From the human T2T-CHM13v2.0 reference genome, Homo sapiens, in the NCBI RefSeq assembly GCF_009914755.1, contig NC_060947.1: a stretch of DNA of 64,000 nucleotides. One strand, given 5' to 3'. The notes beneath the pieces are model-generated. The model was not told where the DNA came from. It made no database searches and saw nothing but the letters and a program-made list of their open reading frames with translations. This document shows, one piece after another, positions 24,799 to 45,490 of the stretch. Every line of letters begins with the position of its first letter. The first letter of the stretch is position 1. The position numbers and the translations under genes are program-made.

Positions 24799-25247
24799 GA
24801 ACTTCAGGGGGCCATTCTTACCAGTTCTGTTTCTGTTTTATCTCATGGTATCTCTGGTAGCACCTGAATTCTTTTTCTTCAATTAGGACACAGCCAGATG
24901 GACATCTAAGACAGCCGATCATCTTTCCTTGCCTATGACATGTGTATAAAATGACATTGTGGGAGCTGTTCGATTTTTTAAAGGTAGTGTCTCCTGATGA
25001 CAAACAGAGTATATTAATTTCCTTTCCCTCCACTTAAAACTAAAGCCTGTTCTTGCTGCTGGTAATCTCCCTGTAGCGTAAACATAGTATCTGATAAAAT
25101 TTACAATAGCCACGCAATAGCCATCAAGGAGAATTTCTATTATGATTATAAATTCATCATGTTTTCTAAAATTCTGTTGGTTTTAGAGGTCAGATTCCTC
25201 CCAACCAGGCTAATAACCTAACACATGTTTAAAAAAAATCTGCCTAA

Positions 25248-25399
25248 GCCGGGTGTGGTGGCATGCATCTGTAGTCCCACCTATTCAGGAGATTAAGGCA
25301 GGAGGATCACTTGAGCCCAGGAGGTCAAGGCTGCAGTGAGCTGCACTGCATTCCAGCCTGGGTGACAGAGTGAGATCCTGTCTCTGAAGAAAAAAAAAA
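25248..25399 (+). mobile_element. Alu right-arm monomer (FRAM-like), sense, in 3' UTR
   Basis: gccgggtgtggtggcatgc...ccagcctgggtgacagagtgaga plus A-tail; TSD-like aaaaaaaatctgcct / aaaaaaaacctgcct. Confidence 0.85.
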
Positions 25400-26269
25400 C
25401 CTGCCTGGCAAGGTCCTTCCCTGGGAATCACCACTCGGTCCAACCTAGACAACCAAGACCGCTATACCTAAAGACCTCTATATCCTGGTGCCTAAGAAAC
25501 TTCTGCCTCCCACAGACAACTAAGTGCTTATTCAAAGACTAGGTTATTTTCAACTGGGAAAAAAGCAGTGCTAACAGGATATTGTTCTGGGATAGAGATG
25601 AAGACCGTCCTTGTGACTTTTTAAAGAGGTGGGGCTCACTGCAACTGGGGAGAACACTTAGCATATGGATATGATTGGTGTTTGATTCCTTGCTCTCTGG
25701 TGTAATCGTCTAAAGGCAAACATTCCTGCAAACAGGTTTTTCTCAGCTTCAGGCAGAGGAGACAACATGGAAGAAGATTCCCACCAGCTAATTCTTCTTG
25801 GGCTATTTGTTTGACAGTAGCATGATGTTTTTTGAGACCATCAGGGGTGGTTACATAGACCAGCAGCTACAGCTCTGGAAATTGAAATCATAATCTGTCA
25901 ATGAATACATGACAAGACAGAACGTTCCTTGCCAGGCCAGGCAAAAGCCAAGGCCCATTAGCCAGTTTAGCATTTACTTTAAAAATGACATGAGGCAGAT
26001 TCTTATCCAGGATGTGGATCAGCCAGGTCACTTTGTCTTATCTTTGGTCACCTGATCACTCAACTGCTTCTTAACACCTCCACCAGGGGGAAGGCTGGCA
26101 CAAGGAGAAAAAAAAAGCAAGCATCAGCGAATAGTATAGTGTCTCAGGGTCCGAAGCAAGTTTAAATGCCACCTAGGAGGATCCAAAGTCTGAATCTCCT
26201 CTACAATGTTTCCTTTCTCCCAAAACAGGGAACTGACTGTCTGGTAGTGAAGACAAGCAAGTGGAGAAG

Positions 26270-27180
<911 letters not shown>

Positions 27181-28378
27181 GTGAGAAGGAAAGATGAGAA
27201 CAAAAGCAACATTGGGTTAAGGGAACTCGCTTAAGAAATTTTAAGCTATTTAATCTTGGGAACTGAAGCCAGTCATGTAAACATACTATACCAATCTAGT
27301 CCCTAACAGTGTTTTTTCTCTTGTGGCAGAAAGAATTGCTGTTCCTCTTTGGAATCTCCTTCCCAGACACCTTCAAAGTCTTATTGACACAGTAAAGGGA
27401 GGCCAACCACTACTAACAAGTTCTAGAAGATATAGGATCTTCTATAGTAGGTTAATGGAAAATACAAAAACAAACAAACATACAATGAAACTGCCTCCTC
27501 TCAACCCATTTTCTTAACAAATTCAATTTTCAAAACTAACCTTTAAAAAGAAAAGGAACAAAATGAAAAAGACAATAACTTTTAAACCACTTGAAAATTA
27601 CCTCAATCAAACTCTCAAGATTCAGTAGTAAAAGATAATAGAATGTTAGATCTGGAAAGGATATTAGAGAGTGTTTAGAAAAAACAACTTGCATTGCATC
27701 TGACTCCAGGTCCAGTGCTCTTTCTACTCTGAGCTGCTGCTTACCAGAAAGTACCATCTTCTTAAAAATCAATGAATGATATCCCAAACATTTTGAAACG
27801 TATGTAAATTTTGAGTTAAAATAGTTAACATTTCACAGGAATTCAACTACTGGTGCTATACTTTATACATAATACATTATCCTGTTAAATGCATTGACTA
27901 TTAGACAAGGAATTATGAATCATTTGTCAAATAATATTTATCTTTCAATGGAATCCATTGTGTCCACAATTGCAAAGCAATATTGAAGGGTACTAAGATA
28001 GTTTGGGTTGTCAGCTAGGACATGAAAAATGTAGGTTTACTATACAGAACTGGATATGATAATATATTCATTAAAGTTATGTTCTAACTGTTCAATAGAC
28101 TTCTAGTAGATTAATTTAAATAGTTCCCCATACCGTGCTGCATCAGGATTTGATTTGTATGCCATCTGTTGCAATGCACTTGGTTTTACTTGCTTGTCAA
28201 TGAGAAATACTGCTTCCAAATGTCTTCATGGTTTTGTCCATACTGGACTTTGGGTTATGATTTTTCACCTTCTACTCCCCTGAAATCATTATCCTAAAGT
28301 AACTTTTTTTAGGCACCTATTTTCTGGGGATCAACATGTAAAAAAACATTTATATTGTCTTGAGGAGTTGTCAACAAC

Positions 28379-28394
28379 AATAAATTGAAATAAA
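28379..28394 (+). terminator. ATP1B4: Tandem polyadenylation signals (AATAAA x2)
   Basis: AATAAA at 28379-28384 and 28389-28394; upstream TGTA and downstream T-rich tract. Confidence 0.65.
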
Positions 28395-30358
28395 AAAGAA
28401 ATGTATGATTTTCTCTTTCTAGACCATATCACTGATTTTCCCACTGGAATATTGGGCAGCCATGTGGGTGGAAAACTTGACAATTGACAACCTGTTAGTT
28501 AAATATTGTTTTTCTTCTCTCTCCCCTCTTTTTGACTCTTAGGGTTTAGTCACAGGAGGATAAAACTAAAAGTTGTTTCATTTCTGGGCATTTTTTCCTT
28601 TGTAGTCTCTGTGCTCTGGTTTCTCGTTAGACTGCTTTGTGAGAGCAGCCTTTCTTTATCAAGGTTGAGTCCTGGTATAAACTGTTATGTTTGTTTGTGT
28701 AGGAGAGGAACACTAAGAGAAACTTTCAGGCTGAGGGACAGAACCAAAATTAGAAGAGAAACTTTGAAAATGTTTGATGAAAGTCTGGCTAAATGGCTTT
28801 AAGGACATCTAGCCACAAACTGTTTCCCAGAGCAAATATGTAATGGCAATTGCAATTAAAGACATAAATATTTCCAATCCTTTATTCAACTCAGAGGCTA
28901 GGCTGTAGCAGGAATCTTTCCTCGGAATCTTTCCTTCTTTCCTTGGAAGCTGCCTCAGCCTAAAGTCTGCTAGGCAACAGATCCCTGATCCCAACATATT
29001 TCTCCCTGTCTAAATTCTTCATTAGAGTCATTTTCTTTACTGCCTCCCTCTTAAAATATTCATACATAATAAAGTAATTTAACCAAACCATACAGAAGTA
29101 TGATTTACACTGTGCTTTTCTCCAGGCAGAAAATGGAGGTTTGGGTATTTATATGCATATGTTGGGAGGAAGGAGAGTGGATACGATGTATGGAGGCAAA
29201 GGGCAAGGAAAAATAAATGGAAACACTACTTCACAAAGTTCTTCAGTTGCAATCTAGAAGGGAAGAAGGGTTGACAGAGGGATCCAAAAGTTTTAAGCAG
29301 AATATAGTAAGCTTTCAGTCTGACAACTCACTCCGCAAAATGTACTTCCTTGCAGACCCCTATATGACCATAACTCAACAAGAAATAGATAGCACACTTG
29401 ACAAAAAAAGGATAATTGGAAGAAGATTTATTTACAAAGGGATTACTTACAGAAGCATAGATATAGGGAACCACCAATAACACAGTAACCCAGCCTAGTA
29501 AGAGCTGAACTCTTACCATCTCTTGACCATAAGGTATAGGAGCAGGAAATGGTTACTAGAACTCAGAAGGAATGAGTTGTGTACAACTGGCTGCCTTGAG
29601 AGGAGTGGTGACTTTGTTGAAGGACTAAGCTAGCCCAAGGTGATCTTTTAGGGAGAATAAATATTGCAACTTAATTTTTCTCATTGGCCAAACCCAACCA
29701 AAAGCTGGCGGCGGGGGTGGGGGAACAACAACAAAAAAAACAAAAACGAACAAACAAAAAGATTGATGCAGCCCATACAGGTCAGACTCCTAAAAAAAGA
29801 AAGCAGGGTGGAGAAAGGTGGAGAGTGCATCTGGAGGGGCAAACTGGCGATATCTAGCACAGTTACTGAGTGGAGGTTCTGTGAGCAGACTCCTTGGAGC
29901 CTGGCATAGTGTTGGAATCATCTACTGAACCAACCCTAGGGACTGCGGCAATTTTATTTTCATACACACTTTGCTTTGCGGCTGTGGGGTCAAAGGCATT
30001 AGGCTTTTCCATTATAGAATTTTTTTCTCTATTCTTTAGTATTCATTCCCTTTTCAAATTTTCTCATTCATACTTTCCTAATCTGGTGCCCTTTGGGATA
30101 TCATTTAGAACTCTTTTGCTTGCATGTGACAAACAAATGAACAAAAAAATTCAAATTGACTTAAGGATAAAGGGGAATTTACCAAATCAAAAAACTGAAA
30201 AGTCCAGTTGTAGTTTGCATTCAGGCATAGCCAGGTCCAGGAACTCAAAGATGCGATTAGGAACCGGTCTCTCTCCACGTCTGTATTCTGCTTTCTACCA
30301 CAAATCAAGATTGGCAAGGTGGCTGCCTGCCTTGCCAGGCCTACATCCTCAAAGGCTA

Positions 30359-36373
<6,015 letters not shown>

Positions 36374-36645
36374 CAAAAAGGGAACTCTTATACACAGTTG
36401 GTGGGATGTAAATTAATACAACTACTGTAGAAACAGTATAGGGATTTCTTTAAAAAAATAAAAAACTAAAAATAATCCTACGATATGATCCAACAATGCC
36501 ATTACTGGGTATTCATCCGAAGGAAAAGAAATTGTTATATCAAAGGGATACCTGCACTCCCATGTATATCCTAGCACTATTCATAATAGCAAAGATATGG
36601 AATCAAACTAAATGTTTATCAAAGAATGAATGGATCAAGAAAATG

Positions 36646-36688
<43 letters not shown>

Positions 36689-37170
36689 GGAATACTATTC
36701 AGCCATAAAATATGAAATCATGTCATTTGCAGCAACATGGATGGAACTGGAGGCCATTATGTTAAGTGAAATAAGCCAGGCACAAAAAGGCAAGTATTGG
36801 ATTTTCTCCCTCACGTGGGAGCTAAAAAACTTGATCTCATGGAGATAGAGATTAGAATGATAGATACCAGAAGCTGGGAAGGGTGTGTGGGTGGGAGAGG
36901 AGGAAAGAAGAGAGGTTGGTTAAGGAGTGTACCGTTAAATAGAAGAAAGTTTCTAATATTTGATAGCAGAGTAGGGTGACTATAGTTAGCAATAATGTAT
37001 TGCATATTTCACAGTAGCCAGAAGAGAGGATATGAAATGTTCCCAATACATAGAAATGTAAATACTCAAGAGGATGGATACTCCAAGTTGATAATAATAC
37101 ACTCTACACATGTAACACTTACATGTACCCCATAAATATGTAAAATAGTATCAATAGAATAATACTTTAC
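36374..37170 (+). mobile_element. Older L1 (L1MA-like) 3' end with internal (CA)n at ~36648-36686
   Basis: Degenerate ORF2 C-terminus (RDTCTPM..., SFAATWMELEAIMLSEISQ) and an L1MA-type 3' UTR. Confidence 0.85.
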
Positions 37171-37703
37171 AAAAAAATAAAAATTCTGAGTCTCTCACTG
37201 GCTTGAATTTGATCCTGTGCCAATCCCTGAACCAATCTCTGTGGCCACTGGAAGAAACATCTGTGATTGGCCAGGCTTCGGTCACATGCCCACCCCTGGA
37301 GCTTAGAGTGATATCAACACGACTGAAACTGCCTGGATTGACTGTCAGGGAAAGGTAATCCCCTGAGGAAAATTGAGGTGATGTGACCAAAGAGGAGTGA
37401 ATGAATATGAAGTGGCAGATAGAATAGGTGTTCACTACATTTTGTCAAACAGTGTCCTATCAAATTCTACAACTACTTATGATTATACCTGAACTTTTAG
37501 ATTAAAATATTTTCAAAATTTTAACATGAAGGTCTCCAAAAAACAGTTTTTTATACCACCCTAGCATTTTTTTCACATTTGCTCAAAAGAAAGAAGGAGT
37601 AGGAAGAGAGAGAGAAAGAGAAAGAAGCCTCCTTGACTTACTGTGCTTTGCCTTTGCCAAAGAAAATTCTGTAATTAAATTCTGCATTAGAAATCCAGCT
37701 TGT

Positions 37704-37900
37704 GGCTAGGCACAGTGGCTCATGCCTGTAATCCTAACACTTTGGGAGGCCAAGACAGGAGAATTGCTTGAGGCCAGGAGGTCAAGGCCAGCCTGGGCAA
37801 CATAGCAAGACCCATCTCTATAGCATAAAAGAATAACATAAAAAGAAATAGGAAAACAGTGAGATCCTGTCTCTATGAAGTAAACAAATAAATAAAATAG
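37704..37900 (+). mobile_element. Alu (J/FLAM-like, internally deleted)
   Basis: ggctaggcacagtggctcatgcctgtaatcc...cctgggcaacatagcaagaccc. Confidence 0.8.
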
Positions 37901-38978
37901 TATAAAAAGAATAAAATAGGAAAATATTAACAAAAGAAGTCTAAGACTTATACTCTGAAATCTACTGTTATTGAAATAAATTAAAGAACTAAATAAAGGG
38001 AAAGACATTGTGCTCATGGATTAGGTTAATATTGTTAAAATGACAGTGCTCACCAAATTGATCTACAAATTCAATACAATTCTTTCAAAATTCCAACTAA
38101 CTTTTTTTTTCCCAGAAATTGACAAGGTGATCCAAAAATTCTTATGGAAATAGAAGGGACACAGAATAGCCAAAACAGTATTTTAAAGGAAGAACAAAGC
38201 TGAAAGACTTACAATTTAAAATTTTACTACAGACAGCGGGTGTACTGGCTCATGCCTGTAATCCCAGTGCTTTGGGAGGCCAAGTTAGGAGGATCATTTG
38301 AGCCCAGGAGTTCAAAGTTACAGTGAGCTAAGATTGTATGACTGCACTCCAGCCTGGGAAACAGAGTGAGACCTTGTCCCTATAAAAATAAAAATAAAAT
38401 TTAAAAATGATAAAACTCTTAGAAGAAAACATAAACCCTCATGCCCTTCGATTAAACAATGGTTTCTTAAATATAACACTAAGAGCAGAAGTGACAAAAA
38501 ATAGATAAATTGGACTTTATTAAAATTAAAGTCTTTGTGCTTTAAAGGACACTATCAAGAAAATGAAAATACAACCCACAGAATAAGAGAAAATATTTGC
38601 AAATTATATATCTGTTAAGGATCTAGTATCCAGAATATGTAAAGAACTCTTACACTTAAACAATAAAAAGGCAAATAACTCAACTAAAGATGTATAAAGA
38701 ATCCAAATAGATATTTCTTCAGAGAAGATATGCAAATGGTCAATACACACATGAAAAGATGCTCAACATCATTACTTTTTAGAGAAATGCCAATCAAAAC
38801 CACAATAAGGTCTTATGTTTATGTCTTTGATCCATTTTGAACTGATTTTTGTGAATGGTGTAAAATAAGAATCCAATTTTATTTTTTTGAATATGCATAT
38901 CCAGTTTTCCCAACACCATTTATTAAAGAGACTATTGTTTCTCCATTATATATTTTTGGCACCTTGTTGATTAGATGA

Positions 38979-39462
<484 letters not shown>

Positions 39463-39811
39463 TCTGTTGTGGTTTTATAAGCATTTTAGATTTTTTTTCT
39501 ATTAAAAAAGTCAAAAAATAACAAATGTTGGTAAAGATGTGGAGAAAAGGAAACGCTTTCACTGCTGTACACTGTTGGGAGGGAGTGTAAATTGGTACAA
39601 ACGTTATGAAAAACAGTACAGAGATTCCTCAAAAAATTAAAAATAGAACTACCACAGGGTCTAGCAACCCACTTCTGGGTATATATCCAAAAGAAATAAA
39701 ATCACTATCTCAAAGACATGTCTGCACTTTCATATTCATTGCAGCATTATTCAAAGTAGCCAAGATAGAAAAACAATCTAAGTGTTCATTGGCAAATGAA
39801 TGAATACACAG

Positions 39812-39834
39812 TATATATATATATATATATATAT

Positions 39835-39865
<31 letters not shown>

Positions 39866-39982
39866 CACACACACACATATATGTACACATATATATACAC
39901 ACATATATAAATACACACATATATACCTATATATATACATATATATACGTATATATATACATATATATGTATGTATATATAT
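39812..39982. repeat. Compound microsatellite (TA)n(TAGA)n(CA)n(TA/TACA)n
   Basis: Directly visible. Confidence 0.95.
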
Positions 39983-41174
39983 AAAATAGAATGTTATTCA
40001 CCCTTTAAAAAGAGGGAAATCCTGCCATTGGCAACAATGCAGATGAACCTTGAGGACATTATGCTAAGCAAACTAAACCAGACACAAAAAGTCAAATATT
40101 GCATGACCTCAGTTATATGCAGAATCTGAAAACAAAAGTTGAACTCATAGTTACAGAGAATAGAAGGGTGGTTATCAGGGGTTAGGGCATGAGGGGAAAG
40201 GACAGATATTGGTCAAAGGGTACAAACCTTCAGTTGTAACATGAGTGAACACTGGAGACCAAATGTAAAGCATGGTGACTATAGTTAGTAATAATACATT
40301 GTATACTTGAAATTTGCTGAGAGTAGATCTCAAATGTTCTCACCACGCACACACAAAGGTAATATGTGAGGTGATAGATATGTTAATTACCTTAATTGTG
40401 TTAATCATTTCACAATGTATATATGTATATCAAAACATCAAATTGTACACCCTAAATATATACAATTTTTGTCAGTAATGCTTCAGTAAAGCTGGAAAAA
40501 AGATACATTTCACACCCTCTATGATGGCTGTAATTTTTAAAAGTGAACAATAACGTGGGTTATTAGAACCCTAATGTACTACTGGAGGAAATTTTAAATG
40601 GTGAAGCCATTTTGAAATAATTGTTTGGCAGTTCTTCAAAAGGTTAAATATAGAGTTACCATAGGACCCAGCCATTTCACTCCTAGATATACATTGAAGG
40701 TAATTGATAATATATGTCCACACAAAAGCATGTACACAAATGTTCATAGCAGCAATATTCATAATAACCAAAAGTAGAAACAACTGAAATGTCCACCGAC
40801 TGACAGATAGATAAATTATGGTGTATTATTCAGCCATAAAAGGAAGATAATACTGATTCATACTATAGTATAGATGAACCTCAAAACATTGTGGTAAGTG
40901 AAAAGAACCAGACACAAAAGGCCAAATTAGAGACTGCTAACGGGGATGACTATACATATATATGGAGATGGGCTTTAAAAGGTGATTACGCCATGAGGGC
41001 TGCACCCTTGTTAATGGGGTTAAGGCCTTCATAAAAGATGCTTCACAGCATTTGGTTAGCTTGTTCTCATGCCTTCTGCCATGTAAGGACACAGCAAGAA
41101 AATCCTCATCAGACCAAATGCCAATGCCTTGATCTTGAATTTCTCAGCCTCCAGAACTGTGAGAAATAAATTTC

Positions 41175-41484
<310 letters not shown>

Positions 41485-42564
41485 TCTAAATTTGTATTTT
41501 TTTAAATAAATTACCCAGTCTGTGGTAATCTGTGGTATTCTATTTGCAGCACAAATAGACTAAGACAGAACAAAATGTGGGAAGGAAGAAGGAGAAATTT
41601 CTCATACGGCAGCTTTATGTTTTAACTTTTTGAGGAACTGTCAAACTGTGTTCCAAAGTACCTGCATCATTTTACATTTCCACTAGCAATGTATGAGGGT
41701 TCCAATTTCTCCACATACTTGCCAGCTGTTGTTATTGTCCAATTTTTTTAATTATAGTCATCCCACTGGGTGTGGAGTGACATTTCATTGTGATTGGATT
41801 TCCATGTACCTAATGAATAATGATATTGAGCAGTTTTTCATGTGCACATTGGCCATTTGTATATCTTCTTTGGGGAAATTATTTAAATCCTCTGCTCATT
41901 TAAAAATTGGATTATTTGTCTTTTTATTATTAATTTGTTAGAATTATTTATATATTTTGGACCCTTATCAAATAAAAGATTTGCAAAATTTTTCTACTGT
42001 TTTGTGGGTTGTCTTTTAAATTTCTTGATAGTATCCTTTGAAGCACAAAAGTTTTACATTTTGATTAAGTCTAATTTATCTTTTTTTCTTTTGTTGCTTG
42101 TGCTTTTGGTGTCATACCTAAGAAATCATTTACTAATTCAAGGTCACAAAAGATTTACTCTTATGTTTTCTTCTAAGTGTTTTGTAGCTTTAGTTCTTAC
42201 ATTTAGATCTACAGCCATTTTGAGTTACCACACTTAATTACTGTAGCTTTGCAGTAAGTTTTGCAATCAGGAAATAATCTTTAAGATTATTTTAACAACC
42301 ACTTGTTCAACAGATGGCTTTTCTGCATCCCTTGAATTTCCATGTGAATTTTTGGATCTGCTTATCAATTTCTGCAAGAAAAGTTCTATCTCAATGTGCT
42401 TTAGGATTTATAGTAGGTTTTCTCAATCTCAGAATTATTGGCATTTGGGGCCACATAATTTTTTGTTTTGGCTTTCCTGTACATTTTAGAATAGTTAACA
42501 GCATCCCTGGCCTCTATCCAATAGCTGTCACTAGTATGCCATGTAAAACAAAAACCAAACTCAA

Positions 42565-42870
<306 letters not shown>

Positions 42871-42879
42871 AGAAACAAA

Positions 42880-43720
42880 CTCAATTTCTCCTGTATGTTC
42901 ACAGCACACTTCTGCTATCAGATATATGGGGATTTCTCCCCACCAGCAAGCAAGCAATCAATTCTGCAACAGACATCACCAGTTGGGCCTCCTCTAATTA
43001 ATTCAATTCTGACAGTATCTACCTGGCGATAGCATCAGATCACACAGGTTGAAGAATCAGTCCTACAAGACTAAGCCCCACTTACAATGCTGATCGCAAG
43101 ACCCAGATTATTTTATCTGTGATTCTGACCAACTGGCTATAAATCAAAGTTACCACAACCCCCTCCTTGGGTTCTATTAATTTTCTTGAGCAGTTCACAG
43201 AACTCAGGGAAACACTTTACTTACGTGTACTGCTCTATTACAAAAGATATTTTAAAGGATATAGATGAAGAGATACGTAGGGCAAGGAGTGTGGGAAGGG
43301 CACAGAGCTTCCACTTCCTCTCCAGGCATGCCTCTTTCCAGGGACCTCTATGTGTTCGGCTATCCAGAAGCTCTCTGAACCCAGTCCTTTTGGGTTTTTA
43401 GGGAAGCTTCATTAAGTAGGCATGATTGATGACATCACTGGCAATTTGTGATCAACCTTCAGCACTCTTCCCTCCCTAGAGGCTCGGAGTGGGGCTGAAA
43501 GTCCCAACCCTTTAATTCTACCTTAGTGTTTCCATCCTAGGGGCTACCAGCCATTAGCCTACTCATTAGCATACAAGTGTTACGGAGAATGGTTGTGAGA
43601 AAAAATTTTTAACGAAAATAAAACATACAAAAAGACACACCATTTTGAAGATCCCAAGGATTTTAGGAGTTGTATGCTAGGAAACTGGGATGAAGACCAA
43701 ACATATATTTCACAATATCA
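42880..43720. mobile_element. LTR (MER21-like) which, together with the adjacent Alu, splits a MER20-like element (~42410-42545 and ~43725-43815)
   Basis: acacttctg..atcagat..tggggatttctccccaccagcaagc...cacaatatcaca resembles MER21; the flanks carry MER20 halves (ttctcaa...cagcatccctggcctctatcca; cagacattgc...gattgacaaccactg). Confidence 0.65.
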
Positions 43721-43819
43721 CATAATCTCTTCAGTTTTGGAAACCAAAACTGTCTTCAGACATTGCTGAATGTTCCCTAGGAGTCAAAATCACCCCTGAT
43801 TGACAACCACTGGTTTATA

Positions 43820-44900
43820 GTTTATGTCTTTAACATCACAATCTACCTTCAAGCTATTTATACTATTTCACGTATTGTATACAAGCCTTACAATAGAGTA
43901 CTTCTATGTCTCTCCTCGAGAACTTCCTGCTAATGTTATCATACATTTCACATATGCATATGTTATAAGCCGCACAACATATTGTTAATAGTTTTGTTTA
44001 AACAATTATCTTTTAAAGAGATTTAAATTATAAGGCAAAATTCTTATGTATCTAATCACATAGTTACCATTTCCAGTTTTACTTATTCTTTTGTGTAGAT
44101 CCAGATTTTCAACTAGTGTCATTTTCATTCTGTCTGAAGAATGTCCTTTTTGTGGTGCAGAACTGCTGATGGTGGTTTCTTTCAGCTTTTATGTGCCTGT
44201 AAAGTTTACTTTGTCTTTGTTTTTGAACAATATTTTGAGGAGTATAGAATTCTAGATTGAGAGTGTTTTCTTTCACTTCTTTAAAGATGTTGTTTCACTC
44301 TCTTCTAGTTGATTCCTTCAAGAAATCTGATGTCAATCTTACCCTTGTGCCTTTGTATATAACATACTTTTTTTCCTCCTTGCTGCTTCTAAGAGTTTCT
44401 CTTTATCACTATTTCTAAGCAACTTGATATGATGTACTTGGCATAATTTTTATGTTCCTTGTGCTAGGAATTTATTGATCTCCTTGGATCTGTAGGCTTT
44501 TGGTTTTCATTAAGTTTGAAAAAAAAAACTCAGCCATTATTTCTTGACTTTTTTTTTTCTGCCACCACTCCAACACCATCCTCTCCTTCAGGGGCTCCAA
44601 ATACACATATATTGGGTCGCTTAAAATTCTCTCACAACTCACTGATACTCGGATTATTTTTAGTCTTTTTCTGTGTTTCATTTTGAATATTTTCTATTGC
44701 TGTGTCTTCAAGTTCACCAACCTTTTTCTCTGCAATTGTTAATCTGTCATTCATCTAATACAGTATATATTTCATCTCAGATATTGTAGCTTTCATTTCT
44801 ACAAGTTTGATTTGGATTTGTTTTATATCTTCCATGTCTTTACTTATAATGTTCAATCTCTCCTCTAGTTTATCAAGCACGTAAAATACATTTATAAAGG
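43820..44900 (-). mobile_element. Old L1M ORF1-region fragment
   Basis: T-rich sequence; minus-strand ORFs give decayed ORF1-like peptides (IYV..EP....IMAE.F.NLMK...LQIQ). Confidence 0.6.
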
Positions 44901-44977
44901 TTAGACAATGTACAGATTTGTGGACAATAGTACACAACATCACTGAAAGGATCTAAATGAAAGGAAAATATTGGAAG

Positions 44978-45490
44978 TGTAGGGGCCAAGGGTCTTGGCC
45001 CTCTGAAGTGTCACCTAAAAAATAAACTCACAAAAGTCAGATTAATTGGAGAAAAGGCATACGAATTTATTTAACACGTACACAACATGTGCACAGAAAA
45101 AAAATCATGGAGTGGTTACCCACCCCCAGTGTGGTGCAGAAGCTTATATACCATCCTGGCAAAACAGATTGTGGGACAGGGGAGAAGTAGAATTTTGTTG
45201 AGGGGCTTACTAGGGAGAATGAATGGATCAGGGAAAAGAGACTAATTTGTACATTATCTTGTAAAAGGGTCTGTTTGGGAATGGTTACATTATTGGTCTC
45301 ACATTTCCCCTCCCCCACCCAAGGGAGGGGAAGAAAAAACAATTGTTCCTTTTGGTGGGTCTGGATCTTAGATAAAGCAACTTCAACTTCTTTGGGAGAG
45401 ATGATTGGGAGAAGTCAGAGACACCTTGAGGCTTCTTTTGTTCATCATGTCAACATCCCCTATTTTGAGGTATTGGCTTCTGAGCATAAA
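44978..45490. mobile_element. Solo LTR, ERV1-class (MER4-group-like)
   Basis: Starts tgtaggggccaaggg...cagattaattggagaaaaggcatac and ends ...ttttgaggtattggcttctgagc; recognised from memory. Confidence 0.55.
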
